Source: Phallusia mammillata (Eukaryota). From it: a stretch of DNA of 64,000 bases. The stretch is from NCBI GenBank assembly GCA_965637545.1, contig OZ281498.1, forward strand, positions 27,652,001-27,716,000. The letters are read 5' to 3'. The translations under genes and the position numbers were made by a program. Below are positions 8,138 through 19,700 of the stretch, in pieces (the first letter of the stretch is position 1; each line of letters begins with the position of its first letter). The notes under the pieces were generated by a model that saw nothing but the letters and a program-made list of their open reading frames with translations, did not search any database and was not told the origin of the DNA.

Positions 8138-10375
8138 GTGATGTATCGTTTGTTACATTTGATTTTCCTTCTATCAACTTTGTTGTGGTGTGGACATGTA
8201 ACTGGGCTGATGTGTCCGAAGGAAGGCGAATGTTTGGTCAGTTCCAGCAAAGGACCGATCAGGTGTATAACACAGGAGACCAAATGTTCAAATATAAACG
8301 ACACTCTTGCTCCTAGCCCAGTGGCCAAGCCAACTAAAGTAACTGTTGAAGTTGTAAAACCTGTCGGAAGTCAATACTCCAAAATCCAGATGCAGTTTTC
8401 GTGGCAACCTTCAACTAATGCCTTGCAAACGTTTCAAGCTTTCGAGATTGACGTTCAAAGAATGGGCATATTTATTTCTCAGGACAGAAACATTATGTCC
8501 AAGTTTTATTGTTTTCCTGATGGACAGAATTTGCAAGAACTCTTTCCTTTCACTGTAACTGATTGCTATGGAAACCTAACTAATGAAGTAATCGAGGCCG
8601 GGGACGACATTGATATATTTGTACTTAGCTACCCACTACAAAAAAAGTCTACAAGTTTAGCTGATATTCATTTACATGAAAAAGTATCTATTAAAACTTG
8701 CCGCAACTTACATTCCGATGGCCACCAACTGACAGAATTTTGCAGCTTGAACCTTTTCATAATTGAATATTTCTGTGAAAATGCGACATATCATTTTGGA
8801 TATCACATTCCAAGGTTGAACAATAAAACTACTAAAGCTGAACTAATTATTCAGAAAGGTGAAGAATATGAATCGAAATATCTTACTTCAGACAATCATG
8901 ATTACTACTATAAGCTTCCTGAAAACCATACAGCAATCATAACTGCAGAATTAGAGGTTGAAGGGATACCTCGCTCCCGTTTGCTTAAAATTCGTCGTAC
9001 AGAATGTGTTACTATCACTGAGGTTTCACCAAATCCAAAAATTGGGGTGACTCAGGGGTCCGTTATCGTCCCTATTGTTGTGGGGCTGTTTGTGGCAATT
9101 TTACTGCTGATTTTCTTAATACTTTGTATATGTCAACAACGTTTTAAAACTCCTGGCAAAAAGTTTTGTCTGTCTTGTACTAAGTCTTTAAAGCCCAACT
9201 CATCATCAGTTGAATCAGGATTAGGTGATGCTACGGTGATCAGTAATCCTAGTAACATGACTGTGTACATCGTATTTGTTGATGATCACCCAAAACACAA
9301 GGATATAATCCTTAAGTTTGCGTCGTTTCTACAGTGTGATTTAGGATTTCATGTTTTGCTTGAACTTTGGGAACAGGATGCGATCTACAAGGATTCTTTG
9401 ACTTGGATGGAAAATTCTTTAAACAAATCCGATAAAATCATCGTGGTTTGGTCACCGGGGGCAAAAAGAAGATGGGAGTCTCAAAATAAAGTTGATCAAA
9501 CTGACATGTTTTGTCCAGTTGTTAAGAAAATTAAAGGGGATCTTTTGATGAAAAGAAATACTGGGAAGTATTTTTGTGCCTTCTTTGACTATTGTTCAGA
9601 TACAGATGTCCCTAAAGCTTTCAGCGAGCTGTCGTTTTGCAACTTTAAGCTGATGAATCAATTTGAGGATCTTTACTTCAGGTTAACGACTTTGGAGAAG
9701 TTTCAGCCGGGAAAAGTTATTCACCAAAACAAAGTCACCACTAAAAGTTGTTTTACACACCAAGAAAATAAGTTTGGCAAAGTTTTGTCTGATGCTGTAG
9801 TTGAGATGTGTGACTTTGTGCAGTCAAACCCTGATTGGTCGGAGAACAAAGAAAAACAACTGGATATTTCTATCACAGAAGCAAATAAAATTGATGATGG
9901 TCCCTCACTGGTTAACACAATAAACCTTCCTCCATTGCCATCACTTAAAGTTGAAGCCAAATCTGTTAAACATAATGAAACATCTACAGCAAACTCTCAA
10001 ATCCCACCTCCACAATTAAATGAACCTGTGATTTTGGATGACAGCATTATAATGCCACTGGAAATTAGTGTGTTAACAGACAACATCAGTTTTGCGACAG
10101 AAAGTCTCCCGAGCCGCCAACCAACCGAACATGAGGAAGCCAAGATTGTGTTGAATCCAAACTCTGAAGAACAGAAGCCAGTGTCGGATAACTTCAAGGA
10201 CAGTGGGATAGGAAGTCCTGAACCTAACCCATTGTTTCATGTCTCTGCGTTTTCCTTTGCTGAAAGCGATATTGCAGACAATGCAGCTGCATACAGACCT
10301 GTCTGTATTGAACCTATAGACATGAAAAACGACCCATGGAATTCACTTGCACAAATTAACAATGTCAGTGTATAG
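8138..10375 (+). CDS. IL-17 receptor-like type I membrane protein with SEFIR domain, paralog 2 (single-exon ORF, 745 aa)
   Basis: Signal peptide; FN3-like ectodomain (MQFSWQPSTNALQTFQAFEIDV); TM segment VIVPIVVGLFVAILLLIFLILCI; SEFIR segment VYIVFVDDHPKHKDIILKFASFLQCDLGFHVLLELW...KIIVVWSPGA...FFDY...FKLMNQFEDLYF. Confidence 0.9.
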   Translation: MMYRLLHLIFLLSTLLWCGHVTGLMCPKEGECLVSSSKGPIRCITQETKCSNINDTLAPSPVAKPTKVTVEVVKPVGSQYSKIQMQFSWQPSTNALQTFQAFEIDVQRMGIFISQDRNIMSKFYCFPDGQNLQELFPFTVTDCYGNLTNEVIEAGDDIDIFVLSYPLQKKSTSLADIHLHEKVSIKTCRNLHSDGHQLTEFCSLNLFIIEYFCENATYHFGYHIPRLNNKTTKAELIIQKGEEYESKYLTSDNHDYYYKLPENHTAIITAELEVEGIPRSRLLKIRRTECVTITEVSPNPKIGVTQGSVIVPIVVGLFVAILLLIFLILCICQQRFKTPGKKFCLSCTKSLKPNSSSVESGLGDATVISNPSNMTVYIVFVDDHPKHKDIILKFASFLQCDLGFHVLLELWEQDAIYKDSLTWMENSLNKSDKIIVVWSPGAKRRWESQNKVDQTDMFCPVVKKIKGDLLMKRNTGKYFCAFFDYCSDTDVPKAFSELSFCNFKLMNQFEDLYFRLTTLEKFQPGKVIHQNKVTTKSCFTHQENKFGKVLSDAVVEMCDFVQSNPDWSENKEKQLDISITEANKIDDGPSLVNTINLPPLPSLKVEAKSVKHNETSTANSQIPPPQLNEPVILDDSIIMPLEISVLTDNISFATESLPSRQPTEHEEAKIVLNPNSEEQKPVSDNFKDSGIGSPEPNPLFHVSAFSFAESDIADNAAAYRPVCIEPIDMKNDPWNSLAQINNVSV

Positions 10376-12052
10376 TTGTGTGTAAATTTTGATCAAATAA
10401 GTTGCAGGTAACAATTGTCAATCACTTTTTATTACACAAACCATGTTATATGTGCTAACACAAAAACCAGTGTGTTTTGTAACAGTTTTTTATCTATTGT
10501 TTAATTGTGCTGTCATTATGTACTGTATGTTCCAATTGCTGTGTTTTTGTACCATGACAAAGTTTTTTTGTAATATTTTAATAACCTGCCACCTTTTTTA
10601 TTGTGATTTGTATATATTTTAAGCATTTCAAGTCTTTCTGTACTACATAATAGTTTTAGTGTTGTCAGATTTTTGCCAAGGAGATTTCCCAAGCCATATT
10701 TTCTGCGGACAAGTGCAATTATTTTTCACAGATGTTGCCAAAAGTATGAAATCACCAAAACGCTGCTTTAATTAAACCTATACGGTGTTACACATATCAG
10801 CATTTTTAAGTAGATTGACTTTTTGTAAAACTTTGTTATGATGGAGTTTTTTTGCTATGTTAATGTTTTCCAATTATTTTTGTGTTATTGTTTTTTGTGG
10901 TAGTTGCAAGCTAATGGCCTGAAGTTTTCAATTGTTTCTAATTTTACATCTCATAAATCAATGTTGCAAATTAAGTTGTTTTGTTATATTTTATAAGCCT
11001 CTAGGAACTGCCCTGTTAGGAATCACTGTATGAAAAGAATAAAACAAACTGTAGGTAATATAACAAAATCCCCCCAAATTACGTTTAAAATATAAAGTAA
11101 AAATGTGAAAGCTAATCGTAAACCAAACAAGCTTTTCATAATTAAAAGAAATTTGGCAGTAGCGGAAATTAAATTGATTTAAAGAGAGGTTTTTAAGGCG
11201 TGGGTATATTTTCGTATATTTGAGTGTTAAACTTTGATTAACCAGGACTATAGGCTATTGTGTTAAAAACAGACTTGGGGATTAATTTTAACTTCAAAAC
11301 CCGCCGAATTAGAAAATAGTTCACAACAAAAATATGTGGTGCATATAACGTTGTTTCTATATTTAGTTGAGCTACAGGCCGTGCATGAATTGTGTTTTGC
11401 TCTTTATGGCAATCGGCCAAGCGAGATTAATCTTACTGGCATTGAAAACCTTCCTGTATGAAACTTTTATACAATCGCCGGCTGCTGCAACTGAGCCATG
11501 CAGGGGATTGTTCCCTTTGCTGCAAGTTGATTAATTTCCTGATAAAGAAGTTTCATTTTTCTTCCCTTAGTCGGGTTTCGTGCCAAGCTTGAAATCTGGC
11601 GTTGCCAGTTCGCCTTTTTTAATTCTTCAAGAGGTTTCTAAGATACTTTACAATCTTTTTGCCAAACAATAAGAACACATTTCACGCTTTTATACCCCTA
11701 ATTCCATTTTAGAATGACACAAGTTGCTGTCGAGACGTAATTTTCTGTACAATATTTTGGCCTGTTTGTTTCTCGTTTGCCAAACAACTAGTCCAAAAAA
11801 TAGTGTTTGGCATCAAAGTTGAACTAAATTCACTCGTTTTAAATCCTGTGGGTCTGCCCTTTGTTAATTTGTTACGTAGCCAAAGAACTTTGCGCTATAA
11901 AACCGTGTCCTTAATAGCGTTTCAAACGGGAATACCAACTACGCAGCATCTTATTTTAACTGCAATAGGTTATTAGATGTAAATTGTATTTTTAAAATGA
12001 GTGTATGTAAATTAAACACGCGGATTTTAAATCAACTATTTACGCCCTAAGT

Positions 12053-12330
12053 CAGGACTTCCCAAACTGTGTGCCGCGACCCAAATTGGGGTCGCAAAAT
12101 ATAATTTTGGGGTCGCGATACATCATGTGTTATTATGTCATTGCCACAGTTAATGGTATACGTGCGTACGTTTATTGGGTCATTGTCACAATAAATGATA
12201 AACGTGCGGTAATCTATTGTTCAAACATCATTCACGTTTATAGGCTATAGACTTTGTACCCAACAGGGGGTCACCTAGAAATTTCTTTTCTAAAATGGGG
12301 TCACAGAGCAAGAAAGTTTGAGAAGCCCTG
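12053..12330. mobile_element. hAT-type MITE
   Basis: TIRs caggacttcccaaact / agtttgagaagccctg; 8-bp TSD ccctaagt / ctctaagt (1 mismatch). Confidence 0.8.
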
Positions 12331-13088
12331 CTCTAAGTTAAGGTTATGCTTCTCATACCAAAATGTGGGTCGCCGTTTAATTCAGTTGTGTCGTTCGTAA
12401 AATTAATGCACAAAGAATTTAAATTACGGAGTGCGATACTTTTTTACTTCATATCTATCTGACCTTTCTGACTTACAGATTCTTGCAGTAAGAGGTTGTG
12501 ATGAAGGTCTCTGTAACACTATACGAGTTTCGAAACATATTTGTTGTGTGAAAACAAGTTGGTTAAGGGCATGAATAATTGCTTTTTCGACAGCAGTGGT
12601 TTGATGACTGAGTGTTAACAAAGCCGCAAAACCGCAAAGCCGCAAAACCGCAAAACCGCAGCATTATGGGAAACAAAGCGACTTCCCGAAACTAATAATG
12701 ACAAACGAACAACACAAAAAAGGCAGTTCTCGACGAAACTGTTGTTGCATGGCACATATGAAACCGCACGTCATGGAAAAATTCATTATAGTTCCACCGT
12801 ATGCTGAGTTGAGTTAACATATAGCAACACAACTGCATTAAAGCAATCACCAAGCCGGAAATAGCTGCGCAACGTTAAAACGTTATTGAGCGCAAAACAG
12901 TGAAGGGCACAATTTGTGGATTATGACTAAACACGCTGCAGCTACACCGTATTATGAAGGGTTAAGACCGTTTTTATACTTATATTACTTTGCAAAAGAT
13001 CACTTGTGTTTAGGATGTCTTGAGTTGGTGGAAAATGGTTGAACGCGCTGCAGCTACACCGCTAACATTGTTTTAATTACCCCCAATG

Positions 13089-13303
13089 CAGTAGTTCTCA
13101 AACTGTGCGTCGCAAAGCCCTGGTGCTTCGTTTTGATTTTCTAAGGGCGTCGCAGAATAGTTCCGTTTCGTGGCTTTTTGTTGTTGTATCAATAAACACA
13201 ACTTTAATAATAAGTTTTCTCATTAACTTTTATTTGCTGGTGCGTCGCAAGTCCAAAAAACTTGTCCAGGGGTGTCGCATCAAAAAAAGTTTGAGAGCCA
13301 CTT
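13089..13303. mobile_element. hAT-type MITE
   Basis: TIRs cagtagttctcaaact / agtttgagagccactt; perfect 8-bp TSD ccccaatg (13081-13088, 13304-13311). Confidence 0.85.
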
Positions 13304-13329
13304 CCCCAATGCTTATGCTACTTTGCGTA

Positions 13330-13500
13330 AGGCCGGTAGTGTTTTGGTTGGCCTGAACAGTTTTTACTTTTTGCGAGGAAGCTCAAAGAGGAAACGCAAC
13401 TTTGAGAAACTTTGTATCGAATCCAAACATCGTTGTAACACCAGGAAACTGAGAACAAGGAAGCCATGCAAGTTGCCACATCGGGAAATATGGAACTGAG
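13330..13500 (-). mobile_element. Possible degraded hAT transposase C-terminal (dimerisation domain) fragment
   Basis: Frameshifted pieces SSIFPDVATCMASLF... and ...SIQSFSKLRFL loosely resemble FPNxxxLL...ERSFSKLKLI; weak. Confidence 0.3.
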
Positions 13501-16500
13501 TCGCGGAAAAACAACAACAATTGTTTAAAACTTTTTACAGAAGCACATACGTTACTGTACAACTATATTGAGGAACTTTAGTAGTACTACAGAGTTTTTT
13601 ATAAGCTGCTGTTGGGTGGACTTTTGTGCGAAATACTTGTATTAGTTGTCGATTAAACTTCCGGTATTTTGAATGGAGAAAAGGAAAACACATCCGTGCA
13701 CGCACTGACTTTTTCAAAAATGCAAGATGGCGGAAGTAAAATTACTGATTGTGACGCCACTAAAGCGAAAAACGATATTTAAGAAAAACAAATTTTAATC
13801 ACTCCGCTTGGTTATCACAGACTTAATCGTCTTCGATTCACCATGTACAGTCAAAATCTCGGCCGAATGGTCTGGCGCGCCTGACCCACATACAGACATA
13901 AAAAAAGCCTTGATCGGGATTCGTTAACGGAAGTGTCCTGGGCTCGAACCCCGTGAAAAAAATTTCTTAAACCCATGTTAATTATGATCAATCAATTAAC
14001 TCATTATTTTAAAATACGCTGAAAAACCCTGGACATGGAATAATATATCTTTTGACTGTTTTTTATCTTGTAGATGCGTTGAGTAACTCGGAGTTTAACA
14101 AACCCAGCTATAATAGCGCCCAAAGTGACCGGTGTCATGGTTTTCGCCCGTTTAAAGCGAACTTCGGAAAAACGAGACTCTGAAAATGTAGAAACTTATG
14201 GCACTCGAGTAGTTCACAAACATGAGTTGGGTTTGTCGAGTTTGCTGAAATTGTAGCTTTCGGAAGTAATCACCAATTCGGAAACGTTGTGCTGCGTTGA
14301 AACGTTTTAAAGCGCTACAAAATGAGGCCACAATTGCTAGATTATTAAGTTGACCTGAAGCACATGGCCCATATGCAGGCATAAAAAATGGCGCTCTGAA
14401 ATTGAAAACCACCAAATCGGTCGCTGTATTTTAATTTTAATGACCCTGAATCGTCGCAATTGCTTTACTTGCGAGGAAAATTCATCAACAAGAAAAGATT
14501 CACTACCAGGCGATATGTGTTATATGGGTTTAGCAAGTTTGCATATATGTCTCCTATTCTCAGATAACACGTGACAAAATAAAAATAACGTCTTGTGATT
14601 GGTCGACGGTGAGGGCGTAAACGAACCACATTTGCAAGACGAATCATACGGAACCCGCATATGAAACTGCGTCATGTGGGGAAAAATGCAAAGATTATTG
14701 GAAGTTTTACAAGTACAATATGTAAAGATGTTTTTATGAATCGACTGCACGCGATTTCCCAGTGAATAGGAAATGAAAAGGCCTCCATGTAGGGGATTTG
14801 TGTTTCGATTGTTGGTTTTGTTTTTAATTGTACGAAGGGCATCGAACATTAAACTGAAAGAAGCGATGTTGAAAAGCCCATTTAGGCCCGAAATTTTCAT
14901 GGACAGGCCTATACAGTTAAGCATTAGGAAAGACCAAGACAACAAACACAATAGACAATTGGTCTCAAACTAAGCGTGTTAGGGCTGTTTGGCATTACGT
15001 CATGTCAAGCAACTGGCTACTTAGCTAGTTTCAACAAATACTGAGATAGAGTATAAAGTCAAATTAAGCTTGTTGTATTTAAGAAACGTAAGCCCGAACC
15101 CGGCCCGAAAAAACAACATTAAACGAATTCTATAAATTTCGTGGAGTTTGACTAAATACCATCCACTATTTGGCGCATGTGTTATCGAGTTATAACGCAG
15201 GAAACGGTAAACAGACCTTGATTTGGTCGCAATAACTAATATTAAAATCAGTTTTTTCCACACTCACAGTCGCCCGGAACATCTGTTGTGTACTTGTAAA
15301 TTTATTTTAATTGCATTCTTTTATATTTTGAAATTCGAAGACTTTTGTGGACGCCAAATAAAACTTTAGGTCGAACGTTGTAGTAAATTGTTGGTATATC
15401 AGATTGACAAATAAACGAAAACGCATAATGGAGGTCGCCATACACTATACTACAGTACGCTAACACACATACAACGATATGTAACCAAGTAATAAAACTA
15501 ACTGTTGAGCAGATGAAGGAACACCAGCATTGAAACTATGTTGTTGTATGGATGCACAGGGACTCTACAAACATAATAATTGATAATAAGCGACAAAAGC
15601 GCTCACGTGACCAATGAGAAGAATCGCTTCTATGCTCACTTGCACCATCTACCGGCGAATTAACTTCCTGTCAGTGAAGAAAAATGCCTCGTAATAATGT
15701 CATCCAGTTTTTCGTGGTGCGTCGAATAACTGAACTACACAAGGCAATCCTTAAAATAGAAATCGCAGAATATTTTACTGTTTCTATGCAAATTGGCGCG
15801 AAATTTGAGGAACGCAAAGCTGACCTGCAGGGGTACAGCACTTGCTATAAAAGCTGGAAAGTGACCTTTGGTTTTCATTTTGTTTCGAGATCAATTGAAG
15901 ATGAATGGAACTGGAGTTTGGATGCAGCTTTGAAAGGCAAGTTGGTTTTTATATTGTAGTTGTTGATTTGTTTCTTATTAAACGGTTGCGTGATAAGGTG
16001 TTATGAACGAGAAAGTTGAAAATATTGTTTGCAAACTTTAACCTTAGGTTTTACAGTGCTTCTTTTTTCTTTAAATCCTTTTAAAAACCATTAAAACATT
16101 GTACTGGTTCCACTTAACACAGCGTCAATACTCTGCAATCTAAAGTCTTGTACCTTGCGTAATAACCCTGCGGTAAAATGTGTTTGCAAAAAACACTGCT
16201 TGTGGGAAGCGTGTCACGCGTTGATTGGTCGAAAGCCTCCAGACATGTTGCCCATAAGTAGCACAGGTTTATTATCGCGTCATTTAAGGGTACTTTTAAG
16301 TTCAGTTTATGTGACCTAAGCTGGTTCTCTTCGCGCAAAAACTAATATCTTAACAAAAGTGTTCTCGTCTACCACTACCACTGTTTAAAATACTGCATTA
16401 AGATTTAATACAAGAAGTGCACGTATATATACTCCCGCATTTTGCACCGACGGCCTCCCTTTTGATTTTTATGTAATACATCGGGATAGCAATGATTTTG

Positions 16501-16559
16501 TTCACAAAGTGGGCCCGGATTCTCCCCAAGTTAATAACACTGTAAATAGTAGCTTTACT

Positions 16560-16720
16560 AAAAAACAAATTGCCAGCGATGTGGAATAAAACGTATTCAT
16601 TTTATTAATCAGACGTTTCGACAAAAACCATTGTCATCACCAGTGAATGTAAAATACAAGCGGAAACAAGCGCGTTTATATACACAGAAAAGTAACGAGC
16701 AACTGTAGATATACTTAAAC
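16560..16720 (-). mobile_element. Penelope-like terminal remnant with a minimal hammerhead motif (A6G variant)
   Basis: Minus strand attca-CTGGTGA-t-gacaa(tggttt)ttgtc-GAAA-cg-TC-tgatt followed by AATAAA. Confidence 0.55.
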
Positions 16721-19700
16721 ATTTATCAACTACATAGGTTAAGCTTAAATTTAAAAGTTTTTATTTCTGTTTTTGCAGTTTTTTGCGGCAAAAACTAAAA
16801 TCTTAACAAAATGTTCTCATCTACCATTACTAACCTACGCAGCACAGGTTAATAACACTGTAGATATACTTTATGCTTTAAACATTTATTAAGTAGATAG
16901 GTTAAGTTTTAAATCCAATGTTTTGTCTTTTTTGTTTTTGCAGCCAAGGACATAGGTGGACGCTGGAAACGGATGACGTCAAGAATATTGCGCAATCGGT
17001 TTTCGCGTAAAATAATAATCGGTTTAAAACAAAAACAGCCAGAATCTTGTTTTACTCGTTTTTATTTCTCTTATTTTTCACTTTTCCTCATTTCCTTTTT
17101 ACTCATTTTTTTTTATTGTTTTTTTGTTATGTTGGCCGCGGTCTTTTTTATTTTTTTTTATTTTTTTATTTTTTTCAAGATTCTGGATTGTTCGCGCGTA
17201 ATTCGATTCGAACAATTATTCCCGCGCTAAGTAAACCATGACGTCATAATTCTATTCACAGTGTAACTTATAATTGCGGTTTATTATGTGTAAGTAATAT
17301 ATTATGGGGTAATGATATTTTGGTGGTTAATTACGTAAGCCGATTGTGACGCTTTCTTGCTGACGTCATATCCACAGCCTCCTAGCCAGTTGGAATTTCT
17401 CGGATTGTAAGTATTAGATTGAAACTTGGCGCATGTTTTGTTTATTAACCACGGTTTGGGGGCAGTTTTGGTCTGATATATGACGTCAATATGGAGCTAT
17501 GTCGTCACAATGCATGGTTTGTGACGTAGATCCCAACGCAAACCATTTTCTTAATTAAGACTTTGGCGCTGCATAAAAGTGAACCGATTTAAATTTGTTC
17601 GTTCAATCACAGTAAAACAACTGAAACTTTGTCGTACATTAAAAATGGAGAACGCGCTAAAACAATGAATGGTCCTTGGACCTTTACTCACTGGCACCAC
17701 CTTCCGGCGAGTTAATTTCCTTGCAGTGAAAAAACAAAAACAAATAAAAATATGGATTTTAAATTAAGATTTTAGCGTTATATAAAAGCAAACCTATTCT
17801 ATAGTTTATTGCAATAAAAGCTGATGATGTCACCTTTATTCAGAATCGACTTTACGATGAGGGAGGTACATTCGGCATCAGAAGGTGGAATCGGAACCGG
17901 AATCGGAATCGGATTCGGAATCGGATTCGTATCGATAGGTTGGCAGTTAATTGTTGTGACCGAAGTTAATTGTTGAAAGTTTGTTGTAGGATTCGGATTC
18001 ACACGAGGAAGTGGATGGAGTGGGAATCACCTTGCAGATATGACCTTGAAGATGAGGTGAAGGTCACCAACCGTCGAATACACAACAACGCGAAAACCCC
18101 GAGGTTTGCAACTTGTAGAAAAAATTTGGTTTGTTAACATTTTCGGTTTACTAAAAAATAAAAATAAAAAAATAATGGAAACCATTTTTTGGCGGACGGA
18201 AAGCGCCTAAAACAACAAATAATTCTTTGTGTTTGTTTCTGCAACATTAACTAATAAAAAGGGCACTCTGAAACAATTGTAACTTATTTCAGGAATCCAG
18301 CGCCTTCTCCAGAACCTGTCCACCAAGGTGAAGTGAACGTCACCTACCAAGTGGAAGGACACCCGTCACCGGAACAAACGTCGATTCCACAAAACAGGAA
18401 AATGATGAGGTTTGCGATTTTTGAGTGTCAAGTTGACTCAAGTAAGCTGTATAGAAGAAACCTTATAGTTCGAAGCATGGTGTAACCGGTCTGTCGTGTC
18501 ATTCATCCTGCTGGATTCATTATTTTAAACATACAATCAACAGTCCTTTTTCCGTCTGGGTTTCCTGCAAAGAAAGATTAAAAAACAATTACAAAATAAA
18601 TAAATTTGTTAACAGTTTGAAATCGTTTTTTGTCGTACATTAAAAATGGAGAACGCGCTAAAACAATGAATAACTATTTACATACGATTGATTGAAAGGT
18701 GGGAATAACTTGTTTCAGGAACCTACAGCCTTCTCCGCAGCCTCCCTGTCCACCAAGAAGAAGGTCACCAATCAAGTGGAAGGACACCCACCATCGGAAC
18801 AAACGTCGAATCCACAAAATCCCGAACATGACGAGGTTTGCGGATTTAGTTCATTAACAGTTTTGATTTAAAACATTTTTAAAAATAACAAAAAAGGTTA
18901 TTTAAACAAGAAACAAAAAAGCCAATATATTTGTATAAAACATGACGTTTCGACATCAACTTGTGACATTCTCAAATGAATGAATGTAAAACCAAAAAGC
19001 ACGTAAAATCGTATTTGACTTTCAGGAATCCGCCATCTTTCCCTGAAAACTTCGTTCAAACCACCAACATTTCCACCAACTTGAAACCCGATAAGTTTTA
19101 TTTTTTACGAGTCTGTCGTGTGTTCCACCCAGGGTTGATGATTTAAAATCAACATTTCCCATTTTCCATCCAGGTTCCAGCAAAGAAAGACTTAGTTTGG
19201 GGGGAGGTTGAAACTTAACTAACTATAATGTTAAATTTGTTTTATTATAATAATGTTGTAATGTACAGTATATGGTAAAATTCGTCATAATTGTTGTCGC
19301 GCCTATTTATAAATTATTTGTTTTTGTTTGTTGTTGTTTTTATGGTTGTTGTTGTTTTTGTTGTATAATCGATAAATACCTTATTTTCACAACCCTGGGT
19401 GTAGTGACGTCATCACAAATCACAATTATTGACAATTCTCCTAACCCAGTATTGTTACCATATTTGGTTCGGTCAAAAACACGACAGACATTTTTGATTT
19501 TGCTCAACCAAGTTAAATAAATAAGTTTCAGTAAACTGTAATTATTAACTTCATAAAATCAATAACTTAATCTTTGTTAAATAGTGTTCATTTCTAACCG
19601 GAGGTTTAATATTAACCCGTTTTTTCAAGAACAGGTTCAAGTCAGTTTAAATTGAGTTAGTTGGGGTTGAAGCAACGATGGCGACCAACTGGACAAACCT

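Noticed and set aside
11400-11950. Decayed transposase-like coding sequence (minus strand); similar stop-riddled frames at 14640-15020 and 51807-52200
   Set aside because: No diagnostic motif could be identified confidently by eye; needs a translated Dfam/Repbase search
12620-12662. aaa(g/a)ccgc microsatellite
   Set aside because: Simple repeat with no evident function
13925-13956. tRNA gene (GGTTCGAGCCC B-box on the minus strand); similar motifs at about 55105 and 60555
   Set aside because: No A-box or cloverleaf could be built; at most tRNA-derived SINE fragments
18940-18985. Further hammerhead candidates (also 12495-12545)
   Set aside because: GAAAC half present but the CUGAUGA core and stem II are too degenerate
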